From Polyangia bacterium (GTDB lineage: Bacteria; Myxococcota_A; Polyangia; JAAYKL01): DNA of 64,000 bases. Made by a program: the position numbers and the translations under genes. Shown here in pieces: positions 1-10,461 of the stretch. The number at the start of each line of letters is the position of its first letter. Within the stretch, counting starts at the first letter, position 1. The DNA is taken from positions 192,001 through 256,000 of the forward strand of contig JBNKCR010000098.1 of NCBI GenBank assembly GCA_050287845.1, in the 5' to 3' direction. Under the pieces are notes generated by a model that saw nothing but the letters and a program-made list of their open reading frames with translations, was not told the DNA's origin and did not search any database.

Positions 1-2836
1 CGGTCTCCGCGGCTACAAATCTATATACAAAAACCGGTTTGTCCTGACCGATGCGATGGGTCCGGTCTGCCGCCTGATCTTCGGCAGCCGGATTCCACCA
101 TGGATCGAGAAGAAACACATGGTCCGCAGCAGTCAGATTGAGTCCGGTCCCGCCAGCTTTAAGGGAAATCAGCATTACCGGCGGACCATCGATTTCCTGA
201 AACCGTTCTACCACGCCCGCGCGATCCCGGGTGCTGCCATCCAGTCGCAGAAAGGGGATCTCCGCCTGTTTCAGATGAGGTTCCACCAAATCCAGAAATC
301 CCGTCCACTGGGAGAACACCAATGCTTTGTGTCCGTTGGCAATGGTGGCTTCCAGCTCCTGATTGAGCAATTCAACCTTCGATGAAGTTGCAGCCTGGTG
401 CCCGGGGACCAGAGAGGGGTGGCAAGCGGCCTGGCGAAGCCGGAGGAGCTGTTCGAGAGCCGCCATGATGCTTCCTCCCGCTTCCAGTGATTTCACCACG
501 GAGGAGCTGGTTGCCGCGCGTACTGCATCGTAGATGTTTCGCTCGCGCTCGCTCAGTTCGCAGTGAAGAATGAGATTGGTTCGACTGGGAAGTTCCAGTT
601 CCACTTCGTCTTTTTTTCGGCGCAACACAAACGGCCGGATCTTCTGTCTCAGGCTGGCAGTGGCTGCGGGATCTCCCAGACCAATGGGAATGGCGTAGCG
701 TTTCTGGAATTTTCGGTAGTTTCCGAGAAGGCCGGGATTGGTGAAGTTGAAGATGCTCCATAATTCTTCGAGTCGGTTCTCCACGGGGGTGCCACTCATG
801 GCCATCCGAAAATCCGCTTTTAACCGGAACGCCGCTTTGGCTGCCTGACTGGCGGGATTCTTGATATTCTGGGACTCGTCCAGGACCACGCAATCCCATT
901 GACGCCCGGTGAGCGCCGCACGCTCAATCCGCAAAAGCGCATAATTTGTAATCACCAAATCCGCCGATTCATCCAGTTTCCGATTGAGTCCGTGAAATAT
1001 GCAAGTTTTCAGGCCAGGTCTGAATCGGGCGGTTTCATTGGCCCAGTTGTGAATGACACTGGTCGGACAGACAACCAGGGTTTTTCCTTTCATCGCACAC
1101 AGCGCCTGGATGGTTTTACCGAGACCCATGTCATCGGCGAGAATCCCCCCGAGGTTTGCATTACGAAGAAATGTGAGCCAGTCGACGCCCCGTTCCTGAT
1201 AATGGCGAAGGGTGCCCTGCAGATCTCGGGGCAACGGCGCTTTGGGGATGGTGTCGAAATTATCGATAAGTGGAGCGAGCCGCGAGAAACAGGGCTGGGT
1301 GTCCATGTCGAGATCTTCGCACAATCTCGCCAGTACCGGGATGGCAGCGACGGCAATCCGATTGTCTTCGGCCTGTCTTGCATCCAACAGATCCATTACC
1401 ATGTGCCCGTGCGCATCCAGCCAGCTTTTGGGGATCGGGGCGAATCCGCCGCCTTCCATGGGGGCCAGATTTAATCCTTCACGCCATGCTTCCAGAACAT
1501 TCCGGGCGTCTGCGCGCCGGCCGGCGAATGCGGGCTCATCGGTGTCATCCATGGAAAACCAGATGTCAAAAGCATCGTCATTAATTTCAACGTTCGGCGT
1601 CAACGGTGCGGCGTTGCGAATGGCGTGCTGTGTGGCATCCAGGGTGGACTCGCTCCAGATTTGCGCTTTTTCAATGAACAGCGATGCTTCCCGACGGTTG
1701 AAAGACACTTTTCTGCCGGGCACCAGGTTGAGATCGTCTCGCAACGTGGCTTCCATTTCTTTCTCCGCCCTGATGTCCCGCGCCGGGATTGTTCCTTCAA
1801 TATACACCATCCGACTGTTTCGGATTCTCACGTGCGGTGGATTCCCATATACGATCTCGGGGAGAACCTCCACGGTACTCCCGTCCTGCACCATATTCAT
1901 TACCAGACGCGGTTCCAGGAACCGGGAGACGGAAGGCAGAATATCGGTTCGCATTTCCACATAATTGTCCCGTTCCAGCTGGGGCAGCACATCCGCAACA
2001 AATTCGGCGAGATCCTTGTGAGCATAGCTGATGAGACGCGGGAGCTTTTCCATGGCGTCGCCGCAGATGCCGCGTTGCCCGATGGGATGCATGGTATTGC
2101 CACAGCGTGCCGCACCGGGGGCGAGGATCTCATCCAGATCACCATTGGGGTTCAGGTGGAGCGTTACGCCGCCATCGTCGGAGCCGGTCACTTTAATCGC
2201 CGGCAGCATGGGCTCTCGTGACGCACATATGGGCTGGTCATCCAGAAAGACAAGGTCGGCTTCGTTGAGTTCCGCAATCAGATTGGAAAGGAGTTCAGCG
2301 GGCAATTTCTTTTGGGGGTGAATGTTGCGTCCGACGATAAGATCGGCGTTCAGGTCCATCTGGGTTGGGCGATATCCGAGGGGGAAGGCCCGCGCGGCAA
2401 CATGGGACATGATGGGGCGCGCCAGCAGTTGGCTTCTGCCGCCGGCGTGGATGTAGTATCGGGATAGTGTGAGGCCGTGGGATTTTCTGTAAAATCGATA
2501 TGACAGGCGTGTCGGATGAATTTCTTTTTTCGGTAGTGCGTGTCCCTGCTGTCGCGCCAAATCGGTTGCGATGATGGCGGCAGCAACGTGCGCGCAATAT
2601 TCGGTGTTTAATTTACAGTCGCATTCCCATTCGTTGTCTTCCAGATAGAGGACAACGGTGGGATCGGTAATGTCGGCAGCCGTGGAGACCCGAAGTTCGA
2701 TTTCGGAATCGGTCGCCCCCAATCCTTCAACCGCGTCCATCTGGGCAAGTCGTTCCCCCTGTGCCCATACTTGCGGTCCACAGGATTGTCTGAATACATT
2801 TTTAAGATGAAGAAGCGTTGGGCGTTTTATGTTCAT
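1..2836 (-). CDS. SWIM zinc finger / SNF2-family helicase (3' end runs off the window)
   Basis: I translated both ends by hand and they are in the same frame. From ATG 2836: MNIKRPTLL...EWECDCKLNTEYCAHVAAA (SWIM CxC..CxH). Near position 1: LISLKAGGTGLNLTAADHVFLLDPWWNPAAEDQAADRTHRIGQ (SNF2 helicase-C motifs). Not in the ORF track because no stop lies in the window. Confidence 0.93.
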   Translation of the reverse strand, partial: MNIKRPTLLHLKNVFRQSCGPQVWAQGERLAQMDAVEGLGATDSEIELRVSTAADITDPTVVLYLEDNEWECDCKLNTEYCAHVAAAIIATDLARQQGHALPKKEIHPTRLSYRFYRKSHGLTLSRYYIHAGGRSQLLARPIMSHVAARAFPLGYRPTQMDLNADLIVGRNIHPQKKLPAELLSNLIAELNEADLVFLDDQPICASREPMLPAIKVTGSDDGGVTLHLNPNGDLDEILAPGAARCGNTMHPIGQRGICGDAMEKLPRLISYAHKDLAEFVADVLPQLERDNYVEMRTDILPSVSRFLEPRLVMNMVQDGSTVEVLPEIVYGNPPHVRIRNSRMVYIEGTIPARDIRAEKEMEATLRDDLNLVPGRKVSFNRREASLFIEKAQIWSESTLDATQHAIRNAAPLTPNVEINDDAFDIWFSMDDTDEPAFAGRRADARNVLEAWREGLNLAPMEGGGFAPIPKSWLDAHGHMVMDLLDARQAEDNRIAVAAIPVLARLCEDLDMDTQPCFSRLAPLIDNFDTIPKAPLPRDLQGTLRHYQERGVDWLTFLRNANLGGILADDMGLGKTIQALCAMKGKTLVVCPTSVIHNWANETARFRPGLKTCIFHGLNRKLDESADLVITNYALLRIERAALTGRQWDCVVLDESQNIKNPASQAAKAAFRLKADFRMAMSGTPVENRLEELWSIFNFTNPGLLGNYRKFQKRYAIPIGLGDPAATASLRQKIRPFVLRRKKDEVELELPSRTNLILHCELSERERNIYDAVRAATSSSVVKSLEAGGSIMAALEQLLRLRQAACHPSLVPGHQAATSSKVELLNQELEATIANGHKALVFSQWTGFLDLVEPHLKQAEIPFLRLDGSTRDRAGVVERFQEIDGPPVMLISLKAGGTGLNLTAADHVFLLDPWWNPAAEDQAADRTHRIGQDKPVFVYRFVAAET

Positions 2837-3255
2837 TTTTTATATCAGTTTGAATACTGCAGTATTTTTAAAATTAATTCGGACGAAGCAGTATAGCACA
2901 ATCTGTCTTTTTATCACAAGCGTCACGGGAAGTTGAGTTAAAGTAAAGCATTTTATTTAATAGTTTAATTTTCTGTTTTTATTGGCCATTTGTCTACATA
3001 TAAAACATGTCATCGTATCGGAATGATCCCGGGAAGCCGCCAGTAGACAATCGACGATATCCCTCTTCACTCTATTAATTAAACATTGTGCCTACCGATA
3101 ACTCTCTTTGTGAGATGACTATAAACCGGATCAATAACCCGTCGAGTGCGCTGCGAAATCACTGAAGTCAGTTGATTCGGCAGGTGAAACGCTCAGATGC
3201 AGTCAACTGACAATTACGTGAGTCTGGGCACTGGTCCAGATTAAAATGAATTTCG

Positions 3256-4563
3256 ATGTATCAGGTTCAAAAAAATGAAGAACGTCGTTATGAAGGCCTG
3301 ATTCCGGACGTACCCATGCCGTTGTTGAAGGATACACAGGAGAGGAAAGTGGACATTCTGTTGGTGGATGACCGGCGCGAGAATCTCTTTGCACTGGAGA
3401 ATCTCCTTGAGCTCGAAGGGCTGTCAATCACTTCGGTGGAATCGGGTCAGGACGCGCTGCGACAGGTGCTGGATAAGGAGTTCGCGCTGGTGGTCATGGA
3501 TGTTCAGATGCCCGGAATGGACGGTTATGAGACAGCGGAACTCATGCGTTCCAACAGTAAAACAAAGCATATTCCGATTATTTTTGTTTCCGCAGTAAAT
3601 AAGGATGAACACCATCTGTTTCGCGGATATAATTCGGGAGCGGTAGATTATCTGTTTAAACCCATAGAACCAAATATTCTTGCCAGTAAAACGAGAATAT
3701 TTGTAGACTTGTTCCGACAGCGCAAGGCGCTGGAACAGGCCAGCATAGCCCTGGAAAAAAGCCTCGCTGAAATTCAGAACAAGGATGAACAACTTCGACA
3801 GAAGCAGAAACTGGAAGCCATCGGTAAACTGGTGGGAGGGGTTGCCCATGAAATTCGCAATCCGTTGTCGTTCATGCTGTCTCACTTGAGGCGCGCATCG
3901 CGAAGCAGCCAACAGATTTCAGATTATTATGACACATTAAATGTTGATATTAAAGATGATGATATAATTGATAAAATTTCATCTGTTCGTGATGGGATAG
4001 ATATTGCGATTGACGGGGCAAACCGGATTTCGAAAATTGTTCAGGACCTTTCGCGGTTTGCCAGAACCGACCGCAATGAGGGCGTGCGGCTGGTGTCGGT
4101 GAATGATGTGTTGCAGAAGGTGGTGAATCTGGCCCGGCACGATATTCGTATTTATGCCAGATTGGTGGAAGACTACGGCATCATTCCATCCCTCAGTATT
4201 AATGAAAGCAAGTTATTTCAGGTTTTTCTCAATCTACTGACAAATGCGATCCATTCTCTGAAATATACCGATGACAGACAGAATGTGATTTCTATCCGCT
4301 CGTGGCTGGAGGATGAGACCGTGATGGTTGAAATTCAGGACACGGGATGCGGAATCTCTGATGACAACTTGCCGAAGATCTTTGATCCGTTTTTCACCAC
4401 GAAAGATGTCGGCGAAGGGACGGGGTTGGGGTTGGCGACGTGTTTTGGAATCGTCGATACATATGGCGGTGATATCGTTGTCTCATCCGAAGTTGGTGAG
4501 GGGAGCAGCTTCACCGTCCGCCTTCCGGTTCGTCCTCCCAATGGTGTATCGCCAATCGAGTGA
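3256..4563 (+). CDS. Hybrid response regulator / histidine kinase (REC-HisKA-HATPase)
   Basis: ILLVDD...VVMDVQMPGMDG receiver; GGVAHEIRNPL H-box; QVFLNLLTNA, DTGCGI, FDPFFTTK, GTGLGL boxes. True start may be ATG 3316. Confidence 0.93.
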   Translation: MYQVQKNEERRYEGLIPDVPMPLLKDTQERKVDILLVDDRRENLFALENLLELEGLSITSVESGQDALRQVLDKEFALVVMDVQMPGMDGYETAELMRSNSKTKHIPIIFVSAVNKDEHHLFRGYNSGAVDYLFKPIEPNILASKTRIFVDLFRQRKALEQASIALEKSLAEIQNKDEQLRQKQKLEAIGKLVGGVAHEIRNPLSFMLSHLRRASRSSQQISDYYDTLNVDIKDDDIIDKISSVRDGIDIAIDGANRISKIVQDLSRFARTDRNEGVRLVSVNDVLQKVVNLARHDIRIYARLVEDYGIIPSLSINESKLFQVFLNLLTNAIHSLKYTDDRQNVISIRSWLEDETVMVEIQDTGCGISDDNLPKIFDPFFTTKDVGEGTGLGLATCFGIVDTYGGDIVVSSEVGEGSSFTVRLPVRPPNGVSPIE

Positions 4564-4623
4564 TTTGAACATCGACCCGTTTGCGGTCAGTCCACCACTT
4601 ATTTTCCGGTTTCGCGTCAAGTT

Positions 4624-4632
4624 TGCTATAAT
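4624..4632 (+). promoter_or_regulatory. Extended -10 sigma70 promoter (TGcTATAAT) for the AAA ATPase gene
   Basis: Perfect TGnTATAAT about 90 bp upstream of ATG 4724. Confidence 0.5.
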
Positions 4633-4723
4633 GCCGGGCAGAGTGAATGATAAGAAAGCCATTCTCCAGAATGTGATCAATCAATTTTCGATACGATCCA
4701 ATGAGGGGAATTGGGAGGAAAAT

Positions 4724-6145
4724 ATGACGTTTGCCGAAGAATTGGCATTGAATCTGAAATCTGAGTGTCCGATTGTGTTTGTTTCATCTTTCGAAGAGCA
4801 GAGTGTCATCCCTCAAGTGCAGCATGCATGCGCTCTGGCTGGAATGACGTGTATCATTCCCCGAAAGCCCGGTACCCTGGTGGATATACCGGAACAGATG
4901 TCTCATTTGAGCAAAGGAAAAGTATTGGTTCTGGCGGAAGTGCATCAGCAGCTTGAAGACCCCGGGGTTATTCGTCTTCTTTCGGATCTGGGGTTGTCTT
5001 CTGCAGGATCGGTTGTGTTCATTGTGCCCTGGATCTCCATTCCCCGGGAGTTGGAGAGACTGTCGTCCATCATGGAGTATCCGCTGCCCGATACGGACAG
5101 ATTGCGTGAAATTCTGGACGAGATATGTGGCGAGACCGGTGTTTTGCTGGTTGAAAATGATGTGGAAGGCATGGTTCGGGTGTCGCAGGGACTGACCGAA
5201 GGGGAAGCCAGACGGGGATTCCGCAAAGCGATGCTTGGGTGGCCGGAAGAGACGGCAGCGGCCCGGGAATCCCTGGAACGCGAAAAGCGAAAGGCTCTGC
5301 TCAGAAGTAACGTGTTGGAGTACGTGGACGCAGAAGTTGACCTGACCGCCGTGGGGGGAATGAATCTGTTGAAATCGTGGTTGCAGGCGCGGAAGTCTGC
5401 GTTTTCCCCGGAGGCCAGACGGTATGGATTACCCGCCCCCAAAGGGATTCTTCTTATGGGAATTCAGGGATGTGGAAAATCTCTTGCGGCAAAATCCGTT
5501 GCCGGTTACTGGGAGCTTCCCCTGGTTCGGATGGATATAGCCGGGATTTTTGGCCAGCCACGTCCGGAGGAATCACTTCGCTCTGCGTTAAAAGTAGCAG
5601 AAGCTATGGCGCCGCTGGTCCTGTGGATAGATGAAATTGAAAAGGGGTTCGACAACCAATATAAGGGCACGGAAGCGCGACTGCTCGGTGGCCTGATTAC
5701 CTGGCTTCAGGAGAAAAAGAAGGAAGTGTTCGTGGTGGCTACAGCCAACAAGGTGGATGCACTGCCGCCGGAGCTTCCCCGAAAGGGACGTTTCGATGAG
5801 ATATTTTTCGTTGATTTGCCGGATGCGCAGGAGCGCAGGGATATTCTGGCGTTGCATATGCGGACGAGGGGACTGGACCCGGCCAACTACGATTGTGACG
5901 GCCTGGTTTCCAGAACGGACAAATTCACTGGCAGTGAACTGGAGCAACTGGTGATTGGCGCCATGTATATGGCATTCGAACATAAAGCCGATGTATCCGA
6001 TGCGGATTTCAAGCGGGTGCTGAACAGTAATGTGACACTGTACGAAACATTCGAGCCGGAGATTAAGAAGATGCGCGAGTGGGCCCGGAAGCGCGCCCGT
6101 ATGGCCAGCAGCGACCGTTCCAAAATTGACTATTTCAGAAGTTGA
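4724..6145 (+). CDS. AAA+ ATPase, Ycf46-like
   Basis: Walker A GIQGCGKS, Walker [29 protein letters not shown], plus a degenerate N-terminal AAA-like region. Start set at ATG 4724 after a GGGAGG RBS. Confidence 0.88.
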   Translation: MTFAEELALNLKSECPIVFVSSFEEQSVIPQVQHACALAGMTCIIPRKPGTLVDIPEQMSHLSKGKVLVLAEVHQQLEDPGVIRLLSDLGLSSAGSVVFIVPWISIPRELERLSSIMEYPLPDTDRLREILDEICGETGVLLVENDVEGMVRVSQGLTEGEARRGFRKAMLGWPEETAAARESLEREKRKALLRSNVLEYVDAEVDLTAVGGMNLLKSWLQARKSAFSPEARRYGLPAPKGILLMGIQGCGKSLAAKSVAGYWELPLVRMDIAGIFGQPRPEESLRSALKVAEAMAPLVLWIDEIEKGFDNQYKGTEARLLGGLITWLQEKKKEVFVVATANKVDALPPELPRKGRFDEIFFVDLPDAQERRDILALHMRTRGLDPANYDCDGLVSRTDKFTGSELEQLVIGAMYMAFEHKADVSDADFKRVLNSNVTLYETFEPEIKKMREWARKRARMASSDRSKIDYFRS

Positions 6146-6149
6146 TCCC

Positions 6150-6171
6150 AACGAAACAACTTTCGTTTTTT
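6150..6171 (+). terminator. Possible weak intrinsic terminator
   Basis: AACGAAA-CAAC-TTTCGTT followed by TTTT just after the AAA stop. Confidence 0.35.
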
Positions 6172-6369
6172 GTCGTGTCGTTGTTTGAGATGAATACGAC
6201 ATCCAGAATACTCTCTGGTGCAACGGTGCGCTGAGATGTTGCGGCGCCGCAACTGCTGTATCCCCCTGCGGTAAAAACCAGAAATCCGGCCATCTGGATG
6301 TGCCACAGGGCGAAAACTTTTTTTTTCGGTTGATGTGTCATCGGGTTTATTTTACTTCCACAGTCTCTG

Positions 6370-7950
6370 ATGAAAAGTGGAATAAAAAAAGGGTTTCGCG
6401 AAATACTTCTCGCAGCGGTCATCATGCTGATTGTGGGAATGATGATCATTCCCCTTTCACCGTGGCTCATGGATTTGCTGATCTCGTTCAATCTGGCCAT
6501 CTCCATGCTCATCTTCGCCCTGGCCCTGTTTCAGAAAAACCCACTGAAATTCAGCGCATTTCCAACTGTTCTTCTGCTGGCCACGCTATATCGATTGGCG
6601 TTGAATATATCTTCCACCCGGCTCATCCTCACCCGGGCCGATGCCGGTCAAATCATTGGCGGGTTCGGCGGATTTATCGTTGGGGGCGATATTATCGTAG
6701 GCGCGGTAATATTCGGGGTGATTCTGATGGTTCTGTTCCTGGTGATTACCAAAGGGGCAGAACGGGTGGCAGAGGTGGCTGCCCGGTTTACCCTGGATGC
6801 GCTGCCGGGAATGCAGCTGGCCATCGAAACCGACCTGCGCAGTAAAACCATTTCTCCCAGGGAACTGTCCCGTCGAAGAGAAGAACTGGAGAGCCGAAGC
6901 ATGTACTACGGATCTCTTGATGGTGCGATGAAATTCGTCCGCGGGGATGCGGTAGCCGCCCTTGTGATCACGGTCATCAACGTGGCGGGAGGAACGCTGA
7001 TTGGGGTGCTGCGAAAAGATATGGCGCTGATGGATTCCCTGAATCTTTACGGGCGACTGACAGTGGGCGATGGTCTGGTCACCATGATACCGGCCCTGCT
7101 GATCTCCACTGCGGCTGGACTGCTGGTCACCCGGGTTGCCCAGGGGCACGCCGATGAGGGGCTGGCCAGTCAGATTGGCTCGGAGTTGTTTTCGGTGCCT
7201 CAGGCGATGGTGGCGGCCGCGGCCATGATGATTCTGCTATCGATTGCACCGGGGTTGCCGGCCTGGCCATTTCTTATCGCTGCGACGGCATTGGTGGCAA
7301 GCGTGCTGACGGGGCGGCTGCAGGCCAGAAAACAATCCGGGAAAGGACCGGCCAGGAACACGTCGCTGTCATCTGCGTCATCTATTTCGCTCGACGAAAT
7401 GCAGCAACTGCTCGACAACGCATCGGAGCAGTATCCGGTGTTGGTTCGGGAGGCAGTATGGAATCGGATTTCCCTGCCATTCCTGGCAGATATCGTTGCG
7501 GAGCTCCGTGACGATGGCATCGACGAACGCCAGCTGCCCACGGTGCTGGAAGCGTTGGCCCGGGAAACGGTGGTGGACGATGTGGATGATATGCTGATGC
7601 GAATCCGAAAACGTCTGGCGCCCCTTATTTCACAAACAGTGGCGGCAGATGCCAGCCCCCTGCCGGTGGCGACGATGGACATGGAAACCGAGCAGATGCT
7701 GCAAAACAGTATCGTGTCCACTGCCGGCGGCAAGCGCATGGTCCTGGATCCGGCATTTCTGAGTGAATTGCTCGATGCGCTCGAACCGTTGCGCCATGCC
7801 GATGGAGATGGCATTCTGATGGTTGGGGCCGCGCTTCGTCGACCATTGCAGCGCCTGCTTCGGGAATCCCGTTGCGGAATACGGGTCATTGGTCACGGTG
7901 AACTGGTTGCATCCCTGGCTATTGATATCAGAATGGAACTGTCGCTCTGA
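6370..7950 (+). CDS. FHIPEP-family (FlhA/SctV) type III export gate homologue with a shortened cytoplasmic domain
   Basis: FSAFPTVLLLATLYRLALNISSTRLIL, ITKGAERVAEVAARFTLDALPG, YGSLDGAMKFVRGDA, LTVGDGLVTMIPALLIS motifs. 526 aa versus about 690-700 for typical family members. Confidence 0.92.
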   Translation: MKSGIKKGFREILLAAVIMLIVGMMIIPLSPWLMDLLISFNLAISMLIFALALFQKNPLKFSAFPTVLLLATLYRLALNISSTRLILTRADAGQIIGGFGGFIVGGDIIVGAVIFGVILMVLFLVITKGAERVAEVAARFTLDALPGMQLAIETDLRSKTISPRELSRRREELESRSMYYGSLDGAMKFVRGDAVAALVITVINVAGGTLIGVLRKDMALMDSLNLYGRLTVGDGLVTMIPALLISTAAGLLVTRVAQGHADEGLASQIGSELFSVPQAMVAAAAMMILLSIAPGLPAWPFLIAATALVASVLTGRLQARKQSGKGPARNTSLSSASSISLDEMQQLLDNASEQYPVLVREAVWNRISLPFLADIVAELRDDGIDERQLPTVLEALARETVVDDVDDMLMRIRKRLAPLISQTVAADASPLPVATMDMETEQMLQNSIVSTAGGKRMVLDPAFLSELLDALEPLRHADGDGILMVGAALRRPLQRLLRESRCGIRVIGHGELVASLAIDIRMELSL

Positions 7951-8133
7951 CAAAACCGGTCTACTCTTCTTGAAAACTGGCCCATGTCCTTCATGTCGGG
8001 AAGTCTGGTACACAAATCCTACATTGTCGAAAAAATGAATTCACGGTAAATTACCTGTAACTATTTGGGTTTCTTATTAAGTCGTTCGGTTATCAGTCGT
8101 TATGCCTTTATAAGTGAACTCTAAGGACATTTT

Positions 8134-10461
8134 ATGAACAACAGAGATTCGCAGAGACCAACATCACGATCGTCAGGCAAGCGTTCCAATGACGGAAATT
8201 TACTGTGGAAAATATCCTGGGTTGTTTTACCAACGATGTTGGTTGGCAGTGTAGTTGCCGTGGTTTATCAGATGTTGCCTCTCGCAGTGCCAATCTCGCT
8301 GGGAGTAATGACACCATGGATGGTGGCGCTGCTGTTTCAGTTCCGGCACGAAAACCGGAAGCGGAAAATCGCCGAGGAAAATGTGCAGCGGGTTCTGGAA
8401 GAATCCGAGCGAATGCATACTGAATTGCGGAAGAAGACAGCCTTTACCAACTCCATGGCCCGTGAAGCAGAAAACGCAAACAAGGCAAAATCGGAATTCC
8501 TTGCAAACATGTCCCATGAAATCCGCACCCCAATGAATGGGGTGTTGGGGATGTTGTCGCTGTTACATGACACAGGACTGAATTCGGAACAGATGTCTTT
8601 TGTTGATGTGGCCAAGAGCAGCGCAGAGTCCCTCCTGACACTGATTAACGACATTCTTGATTTTTCAAAGATAGAAGCAAGAAAACTCAAATTGGAGGAA
8701 ATCGATTTTGATATTCGCTCCATGCTGGAGGATTTTGCATCGTCGCTGGCATTCCGGGCAAACGACAAAGGATTGGAATTTATTTGCGGTCTTTCACCTG
8801 GGGTGCCCGCTTTTGTCGTGGGAGATCCGGGAAGACTGCGCCAGATTCTGACAAATCTGGCGGGAAATGCATTTAAATTTACCCGTAAAGGGGAGGTGTC
8901 CGTTCGGGGCCAGCTGGTAGCGGAAGACGAGGAGACAGTGACCGTTGAGTTCCATGTGAAGGACTCGGGTATCGGTATTCCCAAGGACAAGCAGAACAAG
9001 TTGTTTGAAAGTTTTACTCAGGCAGATGGATCGACCACCCGGGTATATGGTGGAACCGGTCTTGGACTTTCGATTTCCAAACAGCTTGCGGAGATTATGG
9101 GCGGCCAGATTGGATTGAAAAGTTCTCAGGGAAAGGGGGCGGATTTCTGGTTTACCGTGAAACTCAGACGCTCGGAAAAATTACCCGAACCCAGAGCATT
9201 GGGCAGTCTTGCCGGTGTCAGAACCCTGGTAGTGGACGATAACGACACCAATCTGGATTTGACCGAATCCCAGTTGGCGTCGTGGGGCATGATTGTGGAT
9301 ACGAGCTGTAGCGGGCCCGAGGGTCTGCAGAAGATGTACGACGCCGTGGATGAAGCGCGTCCGTATCAGATTGTGCTCATCGATATGCGCATGCCGCACA
9401 TGACCGGCGAAGCGCTTGGCCGAATTATCCGGGACGATGAGCGTCTGTCCGGCGCTAAACTGGTATTGATGACCTCCATCGGGCATCGCGGTGATGCGGG
9501 GAAATTCAAGGATGCCGGGTTCTCCGCATATCTCACCAAGCCGGTGCTGCAAACCGATTTGTATGTGTGTCTCGCGCAATTGATGGGCGGCGGCAAAGAC
9601 AGTATCATTCCGCCTTCCGCCCAGTCGGAGCATCTGATTACCCGGCACAGCATCGCTGAGGACAGAAAAGCGCGGTTCAGAATTCTGCTTGCGGAAGACA
9701 ATATCACCAATCAGAAAGTGGCATTGGGACTACTTAAGAAACTGGGATTCCGGGCGGATGCAGTGGGTGACGGCGAGGAAGCGTTGAAAGCGCTTGAAGA
9801 ACGATATTATGATTTGGTGCTGATGGATGTGCAGATGCCACGGCTCGATGGCTACGACGCGACCCGTAAAATCCGGGATTCGGTGGATTGCAACGTCCTC
9901 GATTCGAAAATTCCGATCATTGCGATGACCGCCCACGCCATGGAAGGAGATCGCCAGAAGTGTCTTGAGAGCGGGATGAATGACTACATTGCGAAGCCGA
10001 TTAACCCGGCGAATCTGGAGGACGTGATTACCCGGTGGATGTACCGGATACAGGAGCCCGACACAGTGTTTACCAGTTCGGACACACCGGCGGCGGCTGC
10101 AGATATGGATGCTGCCGATGCGTCGGTGTTTGATCGCAATGCGCTGATGGACAGACTGATGGGAGATGAAGAGCTGTTGCAGACAATTGTTCTGGAATAC
10201 CTGAGCGATATGGATGTGCAAATATCGGAACTCAACGAAGCAATTGCCCGGGACGATGCCGCCAGTGTGGGAAAAATTGCGCACCGGATAAAGGGCGCAT
10301 CCGCAAATGTCGGCGGGGACGCTCTGGCAAAAATCGCGATGAAATTGGAAGAGGCGGGCGAACGGAACAAAGATTTGCAGAAAGTGGGACAACTTTTTCC
10401 ATTGGTAATGCGCCAGTTCGAGGAGTTGAGAGCAGTGATGCAGAAAGAAGTGAATCAATGA
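8134..10461 (+). CDS. Membrane hybrid sensor kinase (2TM-HisKA-HATPase-REC-REC-Hpt)
   Basis: [35 protein letters not shown], two receiver domains, C-terminal [12 protein letters not shown] (Hpt). Confidence 0.95.
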   Translation: MNNRDSQRPTSRSSGKRSNDGNLLWKISWVVLPTMLVGSVVAVVYQMLPLAVPISLGVMTPWMVALLFQFRHENRKRKIAEENVQRVLEESERMHTELRKKTAFTNSMAREAENANKAKSEFLANMSHEIRTPMNGVLGMLSLLHDTGLNSEQMSFVDVAKSSAESLLTLINDILDFSKIEARKLKLEEIDFDIRSMLEDFASSLAFRANDKGLEFICGLSPGVPAFVVGDPGRLRQILTNLAGNAFKFTRKGEVSVRGQLVAEDEETVTVEFHVKDSGIGIPKDKQNKLFESFTQADGSTTRVYGGTGLGLSISKQLAEIMGGQIGLKSSQGKGADFWFTVKLRRSEKLPEPRALGSLAGVRTLVVDDNDTNLDLTESQLASWGMIVDTSCSGPEGLQKMYDAVDEARPYQIVLIDMRMPHMTGEALGRIIRDDERLSGAKLVLMTSIGHRGDAGKFKDAGFSAYLTKPVLQTDLYVCLAQLMGGGKDSIIPPSAQSEHLITRHSIAEDRKARFRILLAEDNITNQKVALGLLKKLGFRADAVGDGEEALKALEERYYDLVLMDVQMPRLDGYDATRKIRDSVDCNVLDSKIPIIAMTAHAMEGDRQKCLESGMNDYIAKPINPANLEDVITRWMYRIQEPDTVFTSSDTPAAAADMDAADASVFDRNALMDRLMGDEELLQTIVLEYLSDMDVQISELNEAIARDDAASVGKIAHRIKGASANVGGDALAKIAMKLEEAGERNKDLQKVGQLFPLVMRQFEELRAVMQKEVNQ

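Noticed and set aside
56..2799. Many plus-strand and short ORFs in the track
   Set aside because: They are shadows of the minus-strand SWIM-SNF2 gene and show no recognisable motifs.
1..2836. SNF2 helicase as part of a defence system (DISARM/Zorya-type)
   Set aside because: SWIM-SNF2 is a widespread standalone architecture, and no methylase, nuclease or other defence gene is adjacent within the window.
3167..3211. Inverted repeat GTCAGTTGA...TCAACTGAC as a riboswitch or ncRNA
   Set aside because: 9-bp arms with a 27-nt loop and no family signature I recognise.
4328..4723. N-terminal extension of the AAA ATPase in the ORF track
   Set aside because: It overlaps the upstream kinase by over 230 bp; the RBS and promoter support ATG 4724.
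6295..6345. CACAGGGCGAAAAC as a c-di-GMP-I riboswitch
   Set aside because: Lacks the P2 GNRA stem and the GACGCAAAGC core.
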